Shown: in pieces, positions 31,601-40,555 of the stretch | Position numbering within the stretch: position 1 is the stretch's first letter | Layout: the number at the start of each line of letters is the position of its first letter | Assembly (NCBI GenBank): GCA_030167865.1 | Contig: JALAGF010006287.1 | Span: 124,001-164,555 of the forward strand | DNA: 40,555 nt | Reading direction: 5' to 3' | Source: Craspedostauros australis | Lineage: Eukaryota | The notes under the pieces: generated by a model | The model's database searches: none | Told to the model about the DNA's origin: nothing | Seen by the model: only the letters and a program-made list of their open reading frames with translations | Position numbers and translations under genes: made by a program

Positions 31601-32149
31601 TTCCAAGGCGCGGTGTCTGCCTTCAAGCAGGACGTCCGCAGCATGGAGAGGAAGAATCAGAAACTGAAGGTCAGCGGTTCTGGGGTGAGGAGCATCCTGA
31701 GCGTGGAACTCGACAATGTCGCCGCTGTGCAGAACCAGGCAATTCTGGAATCCACAGCCAGCCGTGGTGATATTCTGCAGCTCACGGAGGGTGGCAAGGC
31801 CACGATTGCGGGCTCGTCGTCGTCATTATCATCATCGCAATCACCTGCCGCTGCTGTGACCGGCACCAGTGATCAGCAAAGCCGTGGCGGCTTGGCTACA
31901 GCGCTATCTCGCTTACGCACGCGTCGTCAACGACGACAGGTACAGCAGGGGCCGCAAACCGAGACTGTGGAATCTAACACCGCGCCGTTGGGAAAGAACA
32001 AAAAGGCTGCATTGAACATGATGAGCGTGATGGAGCAGAAGGACATGCGAGAAGAACGATCGTCGGACGACGCGTACTTCGAAGAACGTTGCGTCGGAGT
32101 GATGGGGGAAGCCCAGCACCGTGGTCGCTTGATGAGCTTCATTTACTAG
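25679..32149 (+). CDS. VPS8: Vacuolar protein sorting 8 (CORVET subunit), single exon, 2156 aa
   Basis: WD40-like propeller (LPTALAVNSRFIAIGTQNG.ILVFD, GSVTSID, VAGY.SG.I.LWD), central WLEALALA, FLDVLEPYIL, VERCLLHM segment, and clathrin-repeat-like NYRPEQCLELCQ..NIADASAYLLERMG and LWFNVLD. Confidence 0.93.
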   Translation: MDIQAILDETDSSQSSVGMNPSSQSYAYASGGGRHEMGLGLDLSGVSNADAADPIASGAAVGGRQDYGRGSDGHVKMQYSNALEAAMRRTTSNMVPPQNPNQHAAPLHVSTAGHNRSRPAPVDTYTRQISALTTSSFGPTACVDLEQILQEDDDDDDDDDDDLDNDEWRRSRMVSDLPTASSYNPYTANTAAKPAAAAYENAPPTTITQTRHNAEDWDVLQAILGEDDDDDEDGDAHAHAHKSANGGNHRMTHDDDDSDDDIRAVLNRAKWSASFADDNDADDDDDDPVHVYSLSEWKKNANLSANGEPSHYSSHILDAILNSEDDDDDGDLGFGTGTDLKSGMQFNAGQAGDQSWKQPIQGHHGTLASPNGLVRSVSNHSFTTDIDNSTLATTEQHGLLPVDHPHAINSAHVNTEMDISAISVGGASSSAFGLPTTNIGGMQLDSTIDAAAALRSAASPIKAMGGRHAGLSTLSPMASPSPSMRGTNAQAEAELSESELREASKRSLEIARLYEQKLMKSGHRDIVSPLMVKRRLKPRVELPTKQRLSERRIDPVKSNAPSGGASASKGNASGVNRAAARLLTVSTTTATPGSGQSSSTIPASSLNMPKFNFSGVLDENMMPGIHKELIKNQAAYGSLHSTNLPTALAVNSRFIAIGTQNGVILVFDLFEVLRHSLGATRSGISNNDSSNAFSIRKAGSVTSIDLNSSNADVLVAGYTSGWIVLWDIIKGTVIRTCADVHASPLSTVRFSATDFRIVSVDAAGLVNKVTFTKNMLWNSYSYDTECLLDGTAGQILAMDVLTPLNVLMQNQASSSKTLQDLAKTRSYEPLKHLVLIALSSERSSFAVAVEPTVNVLHRWSKPPQERVDPLEPSNHSGVEDGSSVSAGKGKGTSPTDNDAGTDAGRNRSTYLPCLSWGWALVQGGGNTLTPILARSWGCCIQLLRASYPMLEDDELAGADGPAMPDVEQWPAFGLQDEFEVSSPVVAMKWLNDRSLIYLTINNEFTVVDTVMMTLLERLDFSGLQLTYAEFRLSKSIGRKDSGLSSKSQSIGGDTRPLCATFQNSIQSWDDRLLVLCQSDVKTVSIVGAKRRISALEQDGEWLEALALALNHYENTIKSQENRRRNPTGRNSLSQHPEFSKGALKSEDEEWIAKLLIRYLNIAMENAPDAQPIVAGEHFLDLATSHFQMLAGVCMEYCVVTRRLDLLFGPIFHRFHSVGYLNVFLDVLEPYILNDKLDYIAPEAMAHFIEHCRATNGIATVERCLLHMNVTIMDFDSILGLLRANEMYSALFYVFNQGLNDYTTPLEILMEKIFDAADTSNLHRSSRRLDGVPNNELQHVGYKAIAYLQSCFQGRTFPQDADITPKERIQTLRPELLRLLLQEQFTPSPNIKAHQPVIGSRALRYPYTQILIMVDPIAMFQTMAMALDAPDSEFRAESNFESIGGWEIEVDGSTEIAGDGDGDGGGSSANKIPDRQQVVSMFLSIILPENADDESKLPTQSITALPKPSIFQARSTVNAFLDFLAEYLMKGVVRVNKVVAFMILERMAKRYEACTDASGRQHAQGRIISLITALPRNSYETDEVLGLVEKSGIHRAALILHQEGASSWHDGMHPERQARHFQAAIDSYLEDEDESFRLEVFAYAKKECPGSTDVESNFDAAFEPKTLRDALAFKLRDLVRLSPLMTAELVSELFVEDLEKVIGLLDNTDSGKVQFMFLQTIISGELNQKDSVAGSVLTAQLTTGHHHRYLELMADLYPDSVYDYLSTHDNYRPEQCLELCQRRNIADASAYLLERMGNVTSALQLILQTLESRMMNLKRTVRGLGTDFFRQHSATLSASRWRKSKASSMELYGKQEKDVEGVKKILIVALDLCERNSGSFNSQTEHGSQLWFNVLDRLINAKSFLRLTKEQPSHAGVISGVLGDLLRLTMQRMVSSVPLPDLVRKVTSDHSGSDIGELRQLVSSLLSTYGLELNVFQGAVSAFKQDVRSMERKNQKLKVSGSGVRSILSVELDNVAAVQNQAILESTASRGDILQLTEGGKATIAGSSSSLSSSQSPAAAVTGTSDQQSRGGLATALSRLRTRRQRRQVQQGPQTETVESNTAPLGKNKKAALNMMSVMEQKDMREERSSDDAYFEERCVGVMGEAQHRGRLMSFIY

Positions 32150-32551
32150 TGGTCAATTTTGCTGCTGTGATTTCTGATTGGGTAATACAAGTATACCGAT
32201 TATGCGAGCTGAGACTGTCAATGATCCAATCCTCGCGAAAATAAATACAGTGTCTGCATGTTGAGAGTTTCGCTGCTTGGATGACATTTCGAGTTGATCA
32301 TGCCCAAATAGGGGAGAATGATGATTCCATTATGGTATAGTAGATTGTATTGTGTACTCCATGCCAGTGCGTGTCTTGGTGCGTTACTGCCGCGTGCGAC
32401 CTGTGGGAACGTTGTGAAAAGTGGGTGATGTCCTCATTCGTTGGAAAAGCGAGCGACGGCCTGTGCATGAGTGCATTTGTATCCTCATACGACCTAAGAT
32501 GCACACTTTGCACGCTTGGCAAAGGCTACCTGTGCGCAGAAGAAGCGAAGC

Positions 32552-35500
32552 TCAGCTACGAGAACCGAGTAACAACTTCAATGCGGCAGATGTATCTCCT
32601 GCTCTGAGCATGCAATACATGAGCGCTTGCTGTCCTTCCGAAAAGATTGGACGATTGGGTCCAGCGCTTGCGGAAGCCTCTTCTGTTTCTGTTTGTGCGT
32701 TTGCGGACGTTGCCCATTCTTTGGCGGCTTTCGTGTCACCCATGTGAGCCGAAATGACACTGGCCGTCGATCGTAGCATTTGTTGTGCCTTTCCCAGTCG
32801 AATTCTGGAAATTCCATCTCCAACTCCTGCGTCTGCTTGCTTCTGCTGCTGCTGTTGCTTTTGATCTTGTGGGTCCATGTTTGTCCCAGCCAAAGCCGAT
32901 GCCAAGCGGTCGATAGCAGCCTCATCCATTGTGGAACCATCACCCGCCAGGTACTGCATAGCCTTGCCGGGATCACCCAGCATGCAGCAAGCCTCCGCCG
33001 CGTACATTCGTGCTGTGGACACTTGACGTTGGTCTACACCACTCGTGTCCATATTCGTCTCCGTAGTTGTATGGGTGGTGCTATCTAGCACTGCCATCGA
33101 CATCACATGTTCGGCATGTTGTAGAGCCTCGTGGTACTGCTGCAGCTCGAGGTGCACATACGACAGCGACAAATGAGCTGCGATCTTTCCAGCAATATCG
33201 ACATGCTTCGAACGGTATTTCTTCTCATCAACATTTTCCGCATCTGCTAGAGTGGTATTCGAATTTGGCTGTTCACCACGACGAGAGTGCAGTTGCAACG
33301 CCTTCTCCAAAGCAAGCCGCGCACGTGGCAATGGTCGAGATCTGACCCGCTCAATATCACCCGCGGTGCCCAAACGAAGAGAAGCACCGTTCGAGTTGTC
33401 TTCGTCGCCACCATGATTGCTGTCGCCATCGTGATTGCTTCCCATTTTGTTGGCCATGGTGGATTTCAACAGAATGCCGGATCCGGTTCCAACCACGCTC
33501 GCGAATGCAGCTGTGCCGTCCTGCTGCTGCCGTTCTTTCTGCCGATTGCCATGATGGATGCCGATACAAAACTCGCCCAAGCGAAGCCAGCATCGCGGTT
33601 GCTGCGCAAACGTGCTTTGAGAGTACCGCAGGCAGATGGACATGCATTCGTACGCAGATTCAAAGCGTTGGCAACGTGCAGCACAGAGCGCCGAATTGTA
33701 CAGAATGAGCAGGGTTGGATCGGGACGCGCGGTGCCATCGGGTGCGAACGTGGCAAGGCTGCTGCTGCCTGCTTGCGGGTCGTTGGTGCCAGCGCCAGAA
33801 CCATTCTCGATGTGACCGGTCTTCTCGTGGTTGCCATCCCCGCTTTGAGTGGCATGTGCGTCTGTTCCATCTGATACCGTCGATGACATTGACGACCAAG
33901 CCGCCGCATCACGCAATGCCTTGGACAAAGTGTGCAGGGCGAGGAATCGCTTGCCGTGGGTTTGATACACCAACGCCAAGTTGTTGGCATGCAGTGCATC
34001 ATAGTACGAAGAGGATGGAACATCGGCTGCGATTGTGGCTTCGTTGCCATTGACGTCAACAATGCTGGTGTTGCCATGCTCCACCGGCAACGATGCCTGA
34101 GCCTCGGCACATAGAATGAGGGATTTTTTGACATTGCCCTTGAGCTGCTCGACGTTTGCCTTGAGATTGAGCGCCGTTTGCTGCTGTGCCTGTAGGACAC
34201 GCGACAAGTCTGTTGCGTTCGTGCCGTTCCGAGCAGAGCCCGCTGCTGGTCCAGGAATCATGGTGATGGAAGTTTCGGCGTTGACAGTCGTTGCGTTTGG
34301 AACATCCTCCATCGACAAAACGGAGGAGTTCCCACCCAGAGAGAGCGCATCCGGAGCTGATGACGATGTGGCGGACGATGGTCGAAGCTTCTGCTGAAAG
34401 ATCTCCATGGCCTGCTTGAGTTCCTTCCTCGCTTGCCGCACGTTGGATTCCTGGATGCGCGATGGCTTCTGCCGATCTGCAAACTCGACGCGGCTCCTGT
34501 ACAGGCTGACTTGGAATTTGAGCTGGTGCGAGGCTTCATTGGCCGTCGCTAGCTTCCCCAGCCAATCTAGAACAGCCGATGCCGTCAACGTGTTTTCCGA
34601 AGGTCCTCCGTTCTTCGTCGTTGATGATCTGGCGTGAACACCTAGTGGATTTCCAAGAGAGACATGCAACAGATTCTCCAAGTACAGGAAGCCCAACCGT
34701 GATCCCACCGCCACGAGCGCGTTGGGGAAGTCGCCATCAGCCTGCTGCTGTCCACCTTTCTGCTGCTGCGATTGCTGCTGCCGTTGGTTCTTTTGGTCTG
34801 CGTGCGATTGCATGATGGATGTGAGCTGGTCATGGCACAATTGCAAGGATTCCTTGACATGCCCCTCCGTGTGCATCATGAGAGCACGGTTGTAGCTCAG
34901 GATGAACGAATTGCGACGTCGCTTGCGTCCCATGGGACGTGGTTGATAGTCAGCCGGAGGATCGTGGGATGCGGCTTGGCGACCGTCGTTGCTTTTGGCG
35001 TTTCCTTTGCCCTTCCTCTTGCCCTTTGCATGGCCTCCGCCTGTGCCACCAGATGTGTCCATGCCGCTGCTGCCATCATTGATGTCAGAATCAGTGTCAA
35101 CAGCAGCATCCACTCCCACGATGCTCACATTTTCCGAATCCACCCTCGGAGAGTGCTGCGTCTCCCAGCTTCGGAGCCTCCGCTGCAGGTTGGCCACTCT
35201 AGGTCTCTGCTTGCCGCTCCCGGTTGATGACTGCGACGCAATCAAGTGCGTGAGGATGGCTCTGTTGTAGTCAGCGGCAGCATTCGGAGATGCTGAATCC
35301 GGAGTCGATTGGCCATCCACATTTTTGGCTGCCTTGTTGGCTGCCTTGTCTCCGTGCGTGCCGTTTCTGACGCTTCCGCTCTTCTTGCCACTCGCAAACT
35401 TATTGGACGCCTTGCCATTGCTGCTCTTGCTGCCATCGGATCCTCCTTCTCCATTCCCCCGCGTCCCAGCATGCTCGAGCTGCCCCGCATTGAGGCGACT

Positions 35501-35617
35501 TAGCGCAACCTGAGGATCTCCAAGGGAGTAGAACAAGTCGGACACAGTCATCGGACGGTCGTCGCTCTCATCCTGCTCAAGGCCCGAGCTCCCGCTCCTC
35601 CCCCGTTGGCCTTTCAT
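32552..35617 (-). CDS. CNOT10: CCR4-NOT complex subunit 10 (TPR protein), about 1021 aa from the first ATG
   Basis: LNLKANVEQLKGNVKKSL, NNLALVY, ILYNSAL, PRCWLRLGEFCI, LSLSYVHLEL, RMYAAEA.C.LG and ALMYC.LR.GD...AL match the CNOT10 pattern. The ORF-track start at 35647 is a TTG. Confidence 0.85.
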   Translation of the reverse strand: MKGQRGRSGSSGLEQDESDDRPMTVSDLFYSLGDPQVALSRLNAGQLEHAGTRGNGEGGSDGSKSSNGKASNKFASGKKSGSVRNGTHGDKAANKAAKNVDGQSTPDSASPNAAADYNRAILTHLIASQSSTGSGKQRPRVANLQRRLRSWETQHSPRVDSENVSIVGVDAAVDTDSDINDGSSGMDTSGGTGGGHAKGKRKGKGNAKSNDGRQAASHDPPADYQPRPMGRKRRRNSFILSYNRALMMHTEGHVKESLQLCHDQLTSIMQSHADQKNQRQQQSQQQKGGQQQADGDFPNALVAVGSRLGFLYLENLLHVSLGNPLGVHARSSTTKNGGPSENTLTASAVLDWLGKLATANEASHQLKFQVSLYRSRVEFADRQKPSRIQESNVRQARKELKQAMEIFQQKLRPSSATSSSAPDALSLGGNSSVLSMEDVPNATTVNAETSITMIPGPAAGSARNGTNATDLSRVLQAQQQTALNLKANVEQLKGNVKKSLILCAEAQASLPVEHGNTSIVDVNGNEATIAADVPSSSYYDALHANNLALVYQTHGKRFLALHTLSKALRDAAAWSSMSSTVSDGTDAHATQSGDGNHEKTGHIENGSGAGTNDPQAGSSSLATFAPDGTARPDPTLLILYNSALCAARCQRFESAYECMSICLRYSQSTFAQQPRCWLRLGEFCIGIHHGNRQKERQQQDGTAAFASVVGTGSGILLKSTMANKMGSNHDGDSNHGGDEDNSNGASLRLGTAGDIERVRSRPLPRARLALEKALQLHSRRGEQPNSNTTLADAENVDEKKYRSKHVDIAGKIAAHLSLSYVHLELQQYHEALQHAEHVMSMAVLDSTTHTTTETNMDTSGVDQRQVSTARMYAAEACCMLGDPGKAMQYLAGDGSTMDEAAIDRLASALAGTNMDPQDQKQQQQQKQADAGVGDGISRIRLGKAQQMLRSTASVISAHMGDTKAAKEWATSANAQTETEEASASAGPNRPIFSEGQQALMYCMLRAGDTSAALKLLLGSRS

Positions 35618-36547
35618 GGTGCTGCCGCTGTCCTCCAGTGCGCCCAATCGACCGAGTTACGGTGTCTAGAAGTCTGCGCTTTGTAGCCTCGTCCGCACCC
35701 GCTCGCCATGGTCGGTTCCTCCTCCACACGCACAAACACGCGTGTTGGCAAACAGCCCCAACACGACCCCCACAAAACACCCACAAAACACCCGCAACGC
35801 ACAGAGTCCCAAAATCGGAAAAGATCGACAACCACGTTCCACACAAAACGAAGCAAAACAAAACGGATCCCATCGCCAGGACAGCCAGGGAGGACAAATT
35901 TGAAATAGTCGTGGTTTAGTCGGTCACAAAACATCTCAACTGTCCGACAAGCGCACATGGAGCACCACACCTTGGTCGTTTCAATCCCGTAAGGCCATTT
36001 GCGAAATCGCGACTCGTTTCTTGACATGACGTCAGCATGTTCAACGCTATTCAGGGGTCAAATGAGTCATACAGTGCTCGCTCTGAATCAAGAAGTCTGT
36101 CCGTGTATACGGTGAAGATTCCGAAATTTGTCCGTTGGGCGAAGACGAGGACGGTACGAACACACCGACAATGACCATCACCGTCGCCGCCACCACCGCT
36201 GCGGAAGAGACTGCCGTTCACGTGCTTTCCCCATCCAGGTTGTCTGCTGTTGCGTTCTTTGTTGGGGGCATCCACTCTGTGTGTCGGCATTGAAGTGACC
36301 ATCACAACTGCAAGGCGGAAGAATCGCCATTACAAATACAACGAGCTACAGTCACGTTGGTTCGTCTCAGAATTGGATTCAGCTGAATAGCATCGTCGCA
36401 CTCGAACGGTCATCATTGTACAGGGGCCATTTCTCCACGTGAAGGAAACAACAGAGCACCTTCGATCACACATACGTGTACGACTACGGGTACGAGCACT
36501 TCACGAGCACAGCAGGTACTGCACACAAACAGGCACAATCAGGCACA

Positions 36548-38662
36548 ATGCCGCGACGATCATGGGTCGGGTCGCTCGACATGTACCGCAAGGTGCCTGT
36601 CGATCTTATGGAAGGCACGCAGCGTGGTTCCATTCTCAGTTACGTCGCATTGGGAAGCATGATCTTTCTCTTCGCCATGGAAACCAGATCTTTCCTTACC
36701 ACCAAGTGAGTATCGCACAACGCGAGAGAGCATAATAGTGTGCATACTATGAGGCTCTCCATTGCATGGTGGGCAGAGTACCATAGAGCACATCATAGCA
36801 ACGGCGAGACTGACTCTCGTTGTTGCATTCAATCGAAACCTTGTGAGCGCAGTGTTGAATCACGGAGTTCGGCGTCGCCTCCTTCTCACACAATTGTCTC
36901 CACGACTCTCTATTCATTTGTATTATATTATACTGAACTCGATGGTGTTATCTCCGATGATGGGCAGGATCGTCACCGATCTGCAGATGGACCGTAGCGA
37001 GGATCCTCGCATTCGTTTGAATTTCAACATCACCATGATGGACCTCAAGTGTGACTTCGCAGTGGTGGACGTGGTCAGCGTTCTAGGAACGGATCAAAAT
37101 GTGTCGGCACATGTAACGAAATGGCAGATCGATGCAGGCGGTGTGCGTCAACGATACCAGGGACGCAACCGCAACCAGAAGGACATTGTGCTCTACGACT
37201 CCGCCATCACGGAAACGCTGGAGGAGATGCATGCCGATGGTGAAGATGCGATCAGTTTGGACGAGACCACGTTGGAGTACGCCAAACACAATCACGATTA
37301 CGTCTTCGTGGACTTTTACGCCCCGTGGTGCAGCCATTGCCGCGATTTGGCACCGACTTGGGAAGCATTGGCGGAAGTCATGGACGAAGCCGCGGAGCAC
37401 AACAAGGAGCATCTGGGCCAGACCTACACGGAGCTGGATTACGAGAAGGCCGAGAAGGTGGCATTTCCTGTCCTCGTCGGAAAGGTAGATTGCGTGAGCC
37501 ATGCCAACCTGTGCAACAACGTCGAGTTCATCCGTGCGTACCCCACCCTGCGTCTGTTTGTGGACGGAAAGCGTTGGGGCGGAGGCGACTACATGGGCCA
37601 TCGCACGGTGGCGGACATGGCAGACTGGCTGCAGCACGTGGAGACGGAGCATCACGAGCTGCTGGGACGCAGCGAAGGATTCAAGCATCTTCATCATCTC
37701 CATGAAGGTAAGCATCTACTCTATCTTTCACCCAATCGCCAATGTTTCTTGAGGGATGGGGGGAAAAGAGAGTACTGGTATGCATGCGCGTGTATGCGAA
37801 GTTGATGAAGAGATGGAACCCACGCACCAGAATCCACCGCATCTCTCCGATCTTTACAACAGTTGCATGGTCATCCTCACCGAAACTCATTGCGTACTCG
37901 ACTCCACTTGATTCTCAATGATTCCTTCACTCTGCACTGCTGTGTTCTGGTCCCAACCATCGATCGTATGCCGCAGTCACGAAGGAGCTCGTCTCGAAGG
38001 GAGAAGGATCTGAGGGAGAGAAACAGTGGAGCGACAAGATCCTCCGTCAGAAGAAGAGGCTGCGGAATCAGTGGGTTGACGAGGATCATCCCGGTTGCCA
38101 GATCTCTGGACATCTGCTGCTGGATCGTGCGCCTGGAAACTTCCACATCCAGGCACGCTCCAAGAGCCACGACCTGGCAGCACACATGACCAACGTCTCG
38201 CACGTCGTTCATTCTCTGTACATCGGCGATCCAATCGGTCAAAAACGCATCCAGGATGGCCAGGCCAATGTGCCCGACTCAGTGGCAAGCAAGATCACGC
38301 CCATGAACGGGATGGTGTACCCAACCTACGACCTGCACGAGGCGTACCATCACTACCTGAAGGTCGTGTCCACCAACGTGGACGGTTTGGCCATTGGAAA
38401 GCGCAAGCTGAAGGTGTATCAGATCATGGAGAACTCGCAGCTTGCGTACTACCGCAACGACATCATCCCAGAGGCCAAGTTCATCTTCGACCTCTCCCCA
38501 ATAGCTGTCTCGTACCGCAAGGAAAGCGGCCACTGGTATGACTACATGACCAGCATCATGGCCATCGTGGGAGGCATCTTCACCGTCGTCGGTATGGTGG
38601 AGGCCAGCATCCACACGGTGCTTACCACAACGCGCAGCCGTCGCTCTTCACCTTACCGATAA
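36548..38662 (+). CDS. ERGIC/Erv46-family cargo receptor with an internal thioredoxin domain (PDI-C type), 3 exons (36548-36705, 36968-37707, 37977-38662), about 527 aa
   Basis: DMYRKVP.DL.EGT..G..LS + TM; LNFNIT..DLKCDF..VDV; FYAPWCSHC thioredoxin site; GCQISG.L...RAPGNFH, NVSHVVH, HHYLKVV, FDLSP and a C-terminal TM AIVGGIFTV. Spliced frame is 1584 nt. Confidence 0.92.
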
Positions 38663-39223
38663 ATCCGTATCTAGAGTACTTCGCTGTATTACGACCTATT
38701 GTTCTCAACAGAGATGCCTTCTGGGGATAGTGAACAACCTGCCTCTCTGTGGGCGTCTTCCACCAAGAACTTTGTGACGATTGAACCGGACAAGGAGAAG
38801 CCGATTCAGCGAACGCACAGATCATTCTGCCTCTGCAACTAGGGACATGGGATCTCGCGTTCTCATGATCTTCGGACGGCCCGCTGTGCGCTGTCTTGGG
38901 TTGTACTGCCTCTCCAGAGAGTCTTGGGGGGCAGTCCAAAATGCAATAATTTTCTCTATTTCATAGCGTTTCAGTCGTAAATCGCTTGTTCATGTCAAGT
39001 TTCTACCCTCGACGAAATAGCATGGAATTTTCGTTCTTTCTTGGATAATTCGTGCTGTTTCCCCAAAATTCACCCGAGTTGCTTTCGCTCTTCGTGATTG
39101 CTCCTTTTCCCCACGTTACACTGTGTCGGTGTTTGCTACGCGTATTTTCATCTCCGATCCACACAAAACAAGGCTGTTGTCTTGGGCCAGCACAGAGCAC
39201 ACAAAACTCACAACCCCAACACT

Positions 39224-39310
39224 CTCCACAGAGATCATTGCTCCACAGAGATCGTTGCTCCACAGAGCATTTTGTTCCTGTTGCAATCACAATCACAATC
39301 ACAACCACAA
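39224..39310. repeat. 17-bp tandem repeat CTCCACAGAGATC(A/G)TTG (about 2.6 copies, 39224-39268) followed by (CAATCA)n (39284-39310)
   Basis: Read directly from the sequence. Confidence 0.85.
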
Positions 39311-39365
39311 TATCAGCACAAAATCGAACAGTGCTAAGTACGTTACTCCCGTAGCCCCCACTATG

Positions 39366-39371
39366 TATAAA
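39366..39371 (+). promoter_or_regulatory. TATA element 35-30 nt upstream of the tRNA-like unit
   Basis: TATAAA at the position expected for TATA-assisted Pol III genes. Confidence 0.5.
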
Positions 39372-39400
39372 TTTCACTTGTGTTCGGTTCAGCAATCGCA

Positions 39401-39471
39401 TCGCCTGTAGCTCAATGGTAGAGCACCAGTAATTCTAACTGAGGTTCCAGGTTCGAATCCCGGCATGGTAC
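39401..39471 (+). pseudogene. Degenerate tRNA-like sequence (tRNA pseudogene, SINE head or tRNA-like ncRNA); isotype not assignable
   Basis: A box TAGCTCAATGG with a perfect D stem GCTC/GAGC; B box GGTTCGAATCC; T stem 4/5; anticodon stem CAGT/ACTG with a non-canonical loop AATTCTA; acceptor stem TCGCCTG/CATGGTA pairs only 4/7. Confidence 0.8.
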
Positions 39472-39476
39472 TTTGC

Positions 39477-39480
39477 TTTT
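39477..39480 (+). terminator. Putative Pol III oligo-T terminator
   Basis: ctttgctttt immediately after the tRNA-like unit; only a T4 run. Confidence 0.4.
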
Positions 39481-40555
39481 GCTCACCCCTTGTGATTTTA
39501 CGATAGTGCTCTAATACACAACAGGTACACCAACATCACCACTGCAACAGTGTTTTGTCCATGGATTATTCCTGTGTGCGATGCAACTGGAATTCATGTT
39601 CCAACAGTTCTTCCTGCACCAGCAATGATGTCCGGTGAATTAGTTGCCTGGTTGCCACTGTGCCACAGCAACAATGGAATGCTTGGCTGTAGTTCGTCAC
39701 ATGCCTCAATTTGTGTTCGATACACATTGTGTTCACCCATCATGCAGATCGGACACGTGGACTTCCTGTGGGTGGCTGCATTCCCTCCACACACATTACC
39801 GTCCATTTGTTTGCACTCCTTGTCCTGGTTTCCAGATGACGAGGACCGCCATGGCAGGATCGCAACCAAGGTGATTCTGTCCACACCTTCTTCTTTTCTC
39901 TGGATTTCAGTGCCCTTCTTTTGTTGTTGTCAGGTGGGTTGGTACAGCCATTCGTTCCTTTGTTGACATGTCCATGACTATCTTTGTTGTTGGGAATGAG
40001 GTTCATGTGCATGCTCGTATTGTCGGTCCTGTTGAGATCATCAACATACAGTGGGGCATTTTAGTGTCGACCTTCTAGGCAACGCAAAACACTCCCAAGC
40101 TAGTGGGGATGCCATGCTCCTTTTTGTACATCCGCATTATCTACATGCCACCCTCAAACTAAGTGCATTGCAGTGAACAGCTAAACATGCATTGTGTTGT
40201 GGAACCATAACAGTGTTGTGTTGGCCATTCGTGCTACATGGTTGTTGTAGTCTTTTCTCTGGAGGTGCCTGTGTTGTTTTCCGTTTTCCTTCTCACAGCA
40301 TGGGTGCTTGCACATGCATGCACGCTCTTCCGCAATTTCCTGACAGCCACAACAAACTCCATTGCGGGTAGCACCAACGCAAATGACAAACAACAACGCA
40401 GCTACTTGTGCAACACCAGATGAACGATACGAGATTGAGATAGGGACTATGTGAAAAAATTCTATTCTGCACCAGACGGCTTACTCCCGTCCAGAGCTGC
40501 TGTCATCGCTGCTTGTGCCATCACTCATTGTGCTGCTGCTGCTGATGCCCTCACT

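Noticed and set aside
36027..36034. TGACGTCA bZIP/aureochrome-like palindrome in the CNOT10/PDI-C divergent promoter
   Set aside because: The same 8-mer also occurs inside coding regions of this window, so one copy is not evidence of function.
36548..38662. Thioredoxin domain embedded in an ERGIC cargo receptor as a novel fusion
   Set aside because: This is the known PDI-C architecture found in plants and stramenopiles.
39224..39268. Short direct repeats here and at 19001-19039 as a CRISPR-like array
   Set aside because: Head-to-tail tandem units with no spacers, too short, no cas genes, eukaryotic context.
39426..39444. Suppressor-tRNA reading (CTA anticodon in TTCTAAC) possibly linked to the gag stop
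   Set aside because: That register leaves only 2 of 5 anticodon-stem pairs, the acceptor stem is broken, and the gag stop is UGA, not UAG.

Overview
Eukaryotic nuclear DNA, most likely from a diatom (inferred from a CoDi-type copia element, a diatom-type cyclin, DUF6824-like paralogues, an ASAFAP-type plastid presequence and GT-AG introns). Positions 1-3233 (minus strand) hold the 5' half of an apparently intact Ty1/copia LTR retrotransposon: a 198-bp LTR, gag, and an in-frame protease-integrase pol that runs off the window edge and is missing from the ORF track. The element has two notable features. (i) There is no tRNA-type primer-binding site; the 14 nt abutting the LTR are the perfect reverse complement of a 14-mer inside the same LTR, suggesting Tf1-like self-priming in a copia-order element. 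(ii) gag and pol are separated only by a single UGA in a CAA context followed by a stem-loop, suggesting programmed stop-codon readthrough. The rest of the window is ordinary gene-dense sequence: an NAD(P)-binding protein, a DUF4787-like secreted protein, two DUF6824-like paralogues, PPIL4, a cyclin, a membrane-anchored six-hairpin glycosidase, a plastid-targeted NOG1-like GTPase, VPS8, CNOT10 and an ERGIC/thioredoxin (PDI-C) gene. It ends with a degenerate tRNA-like Pol III unit and a CpG-poor tail. All calls come from manual reading and translation; no database searches or folding programs were run.
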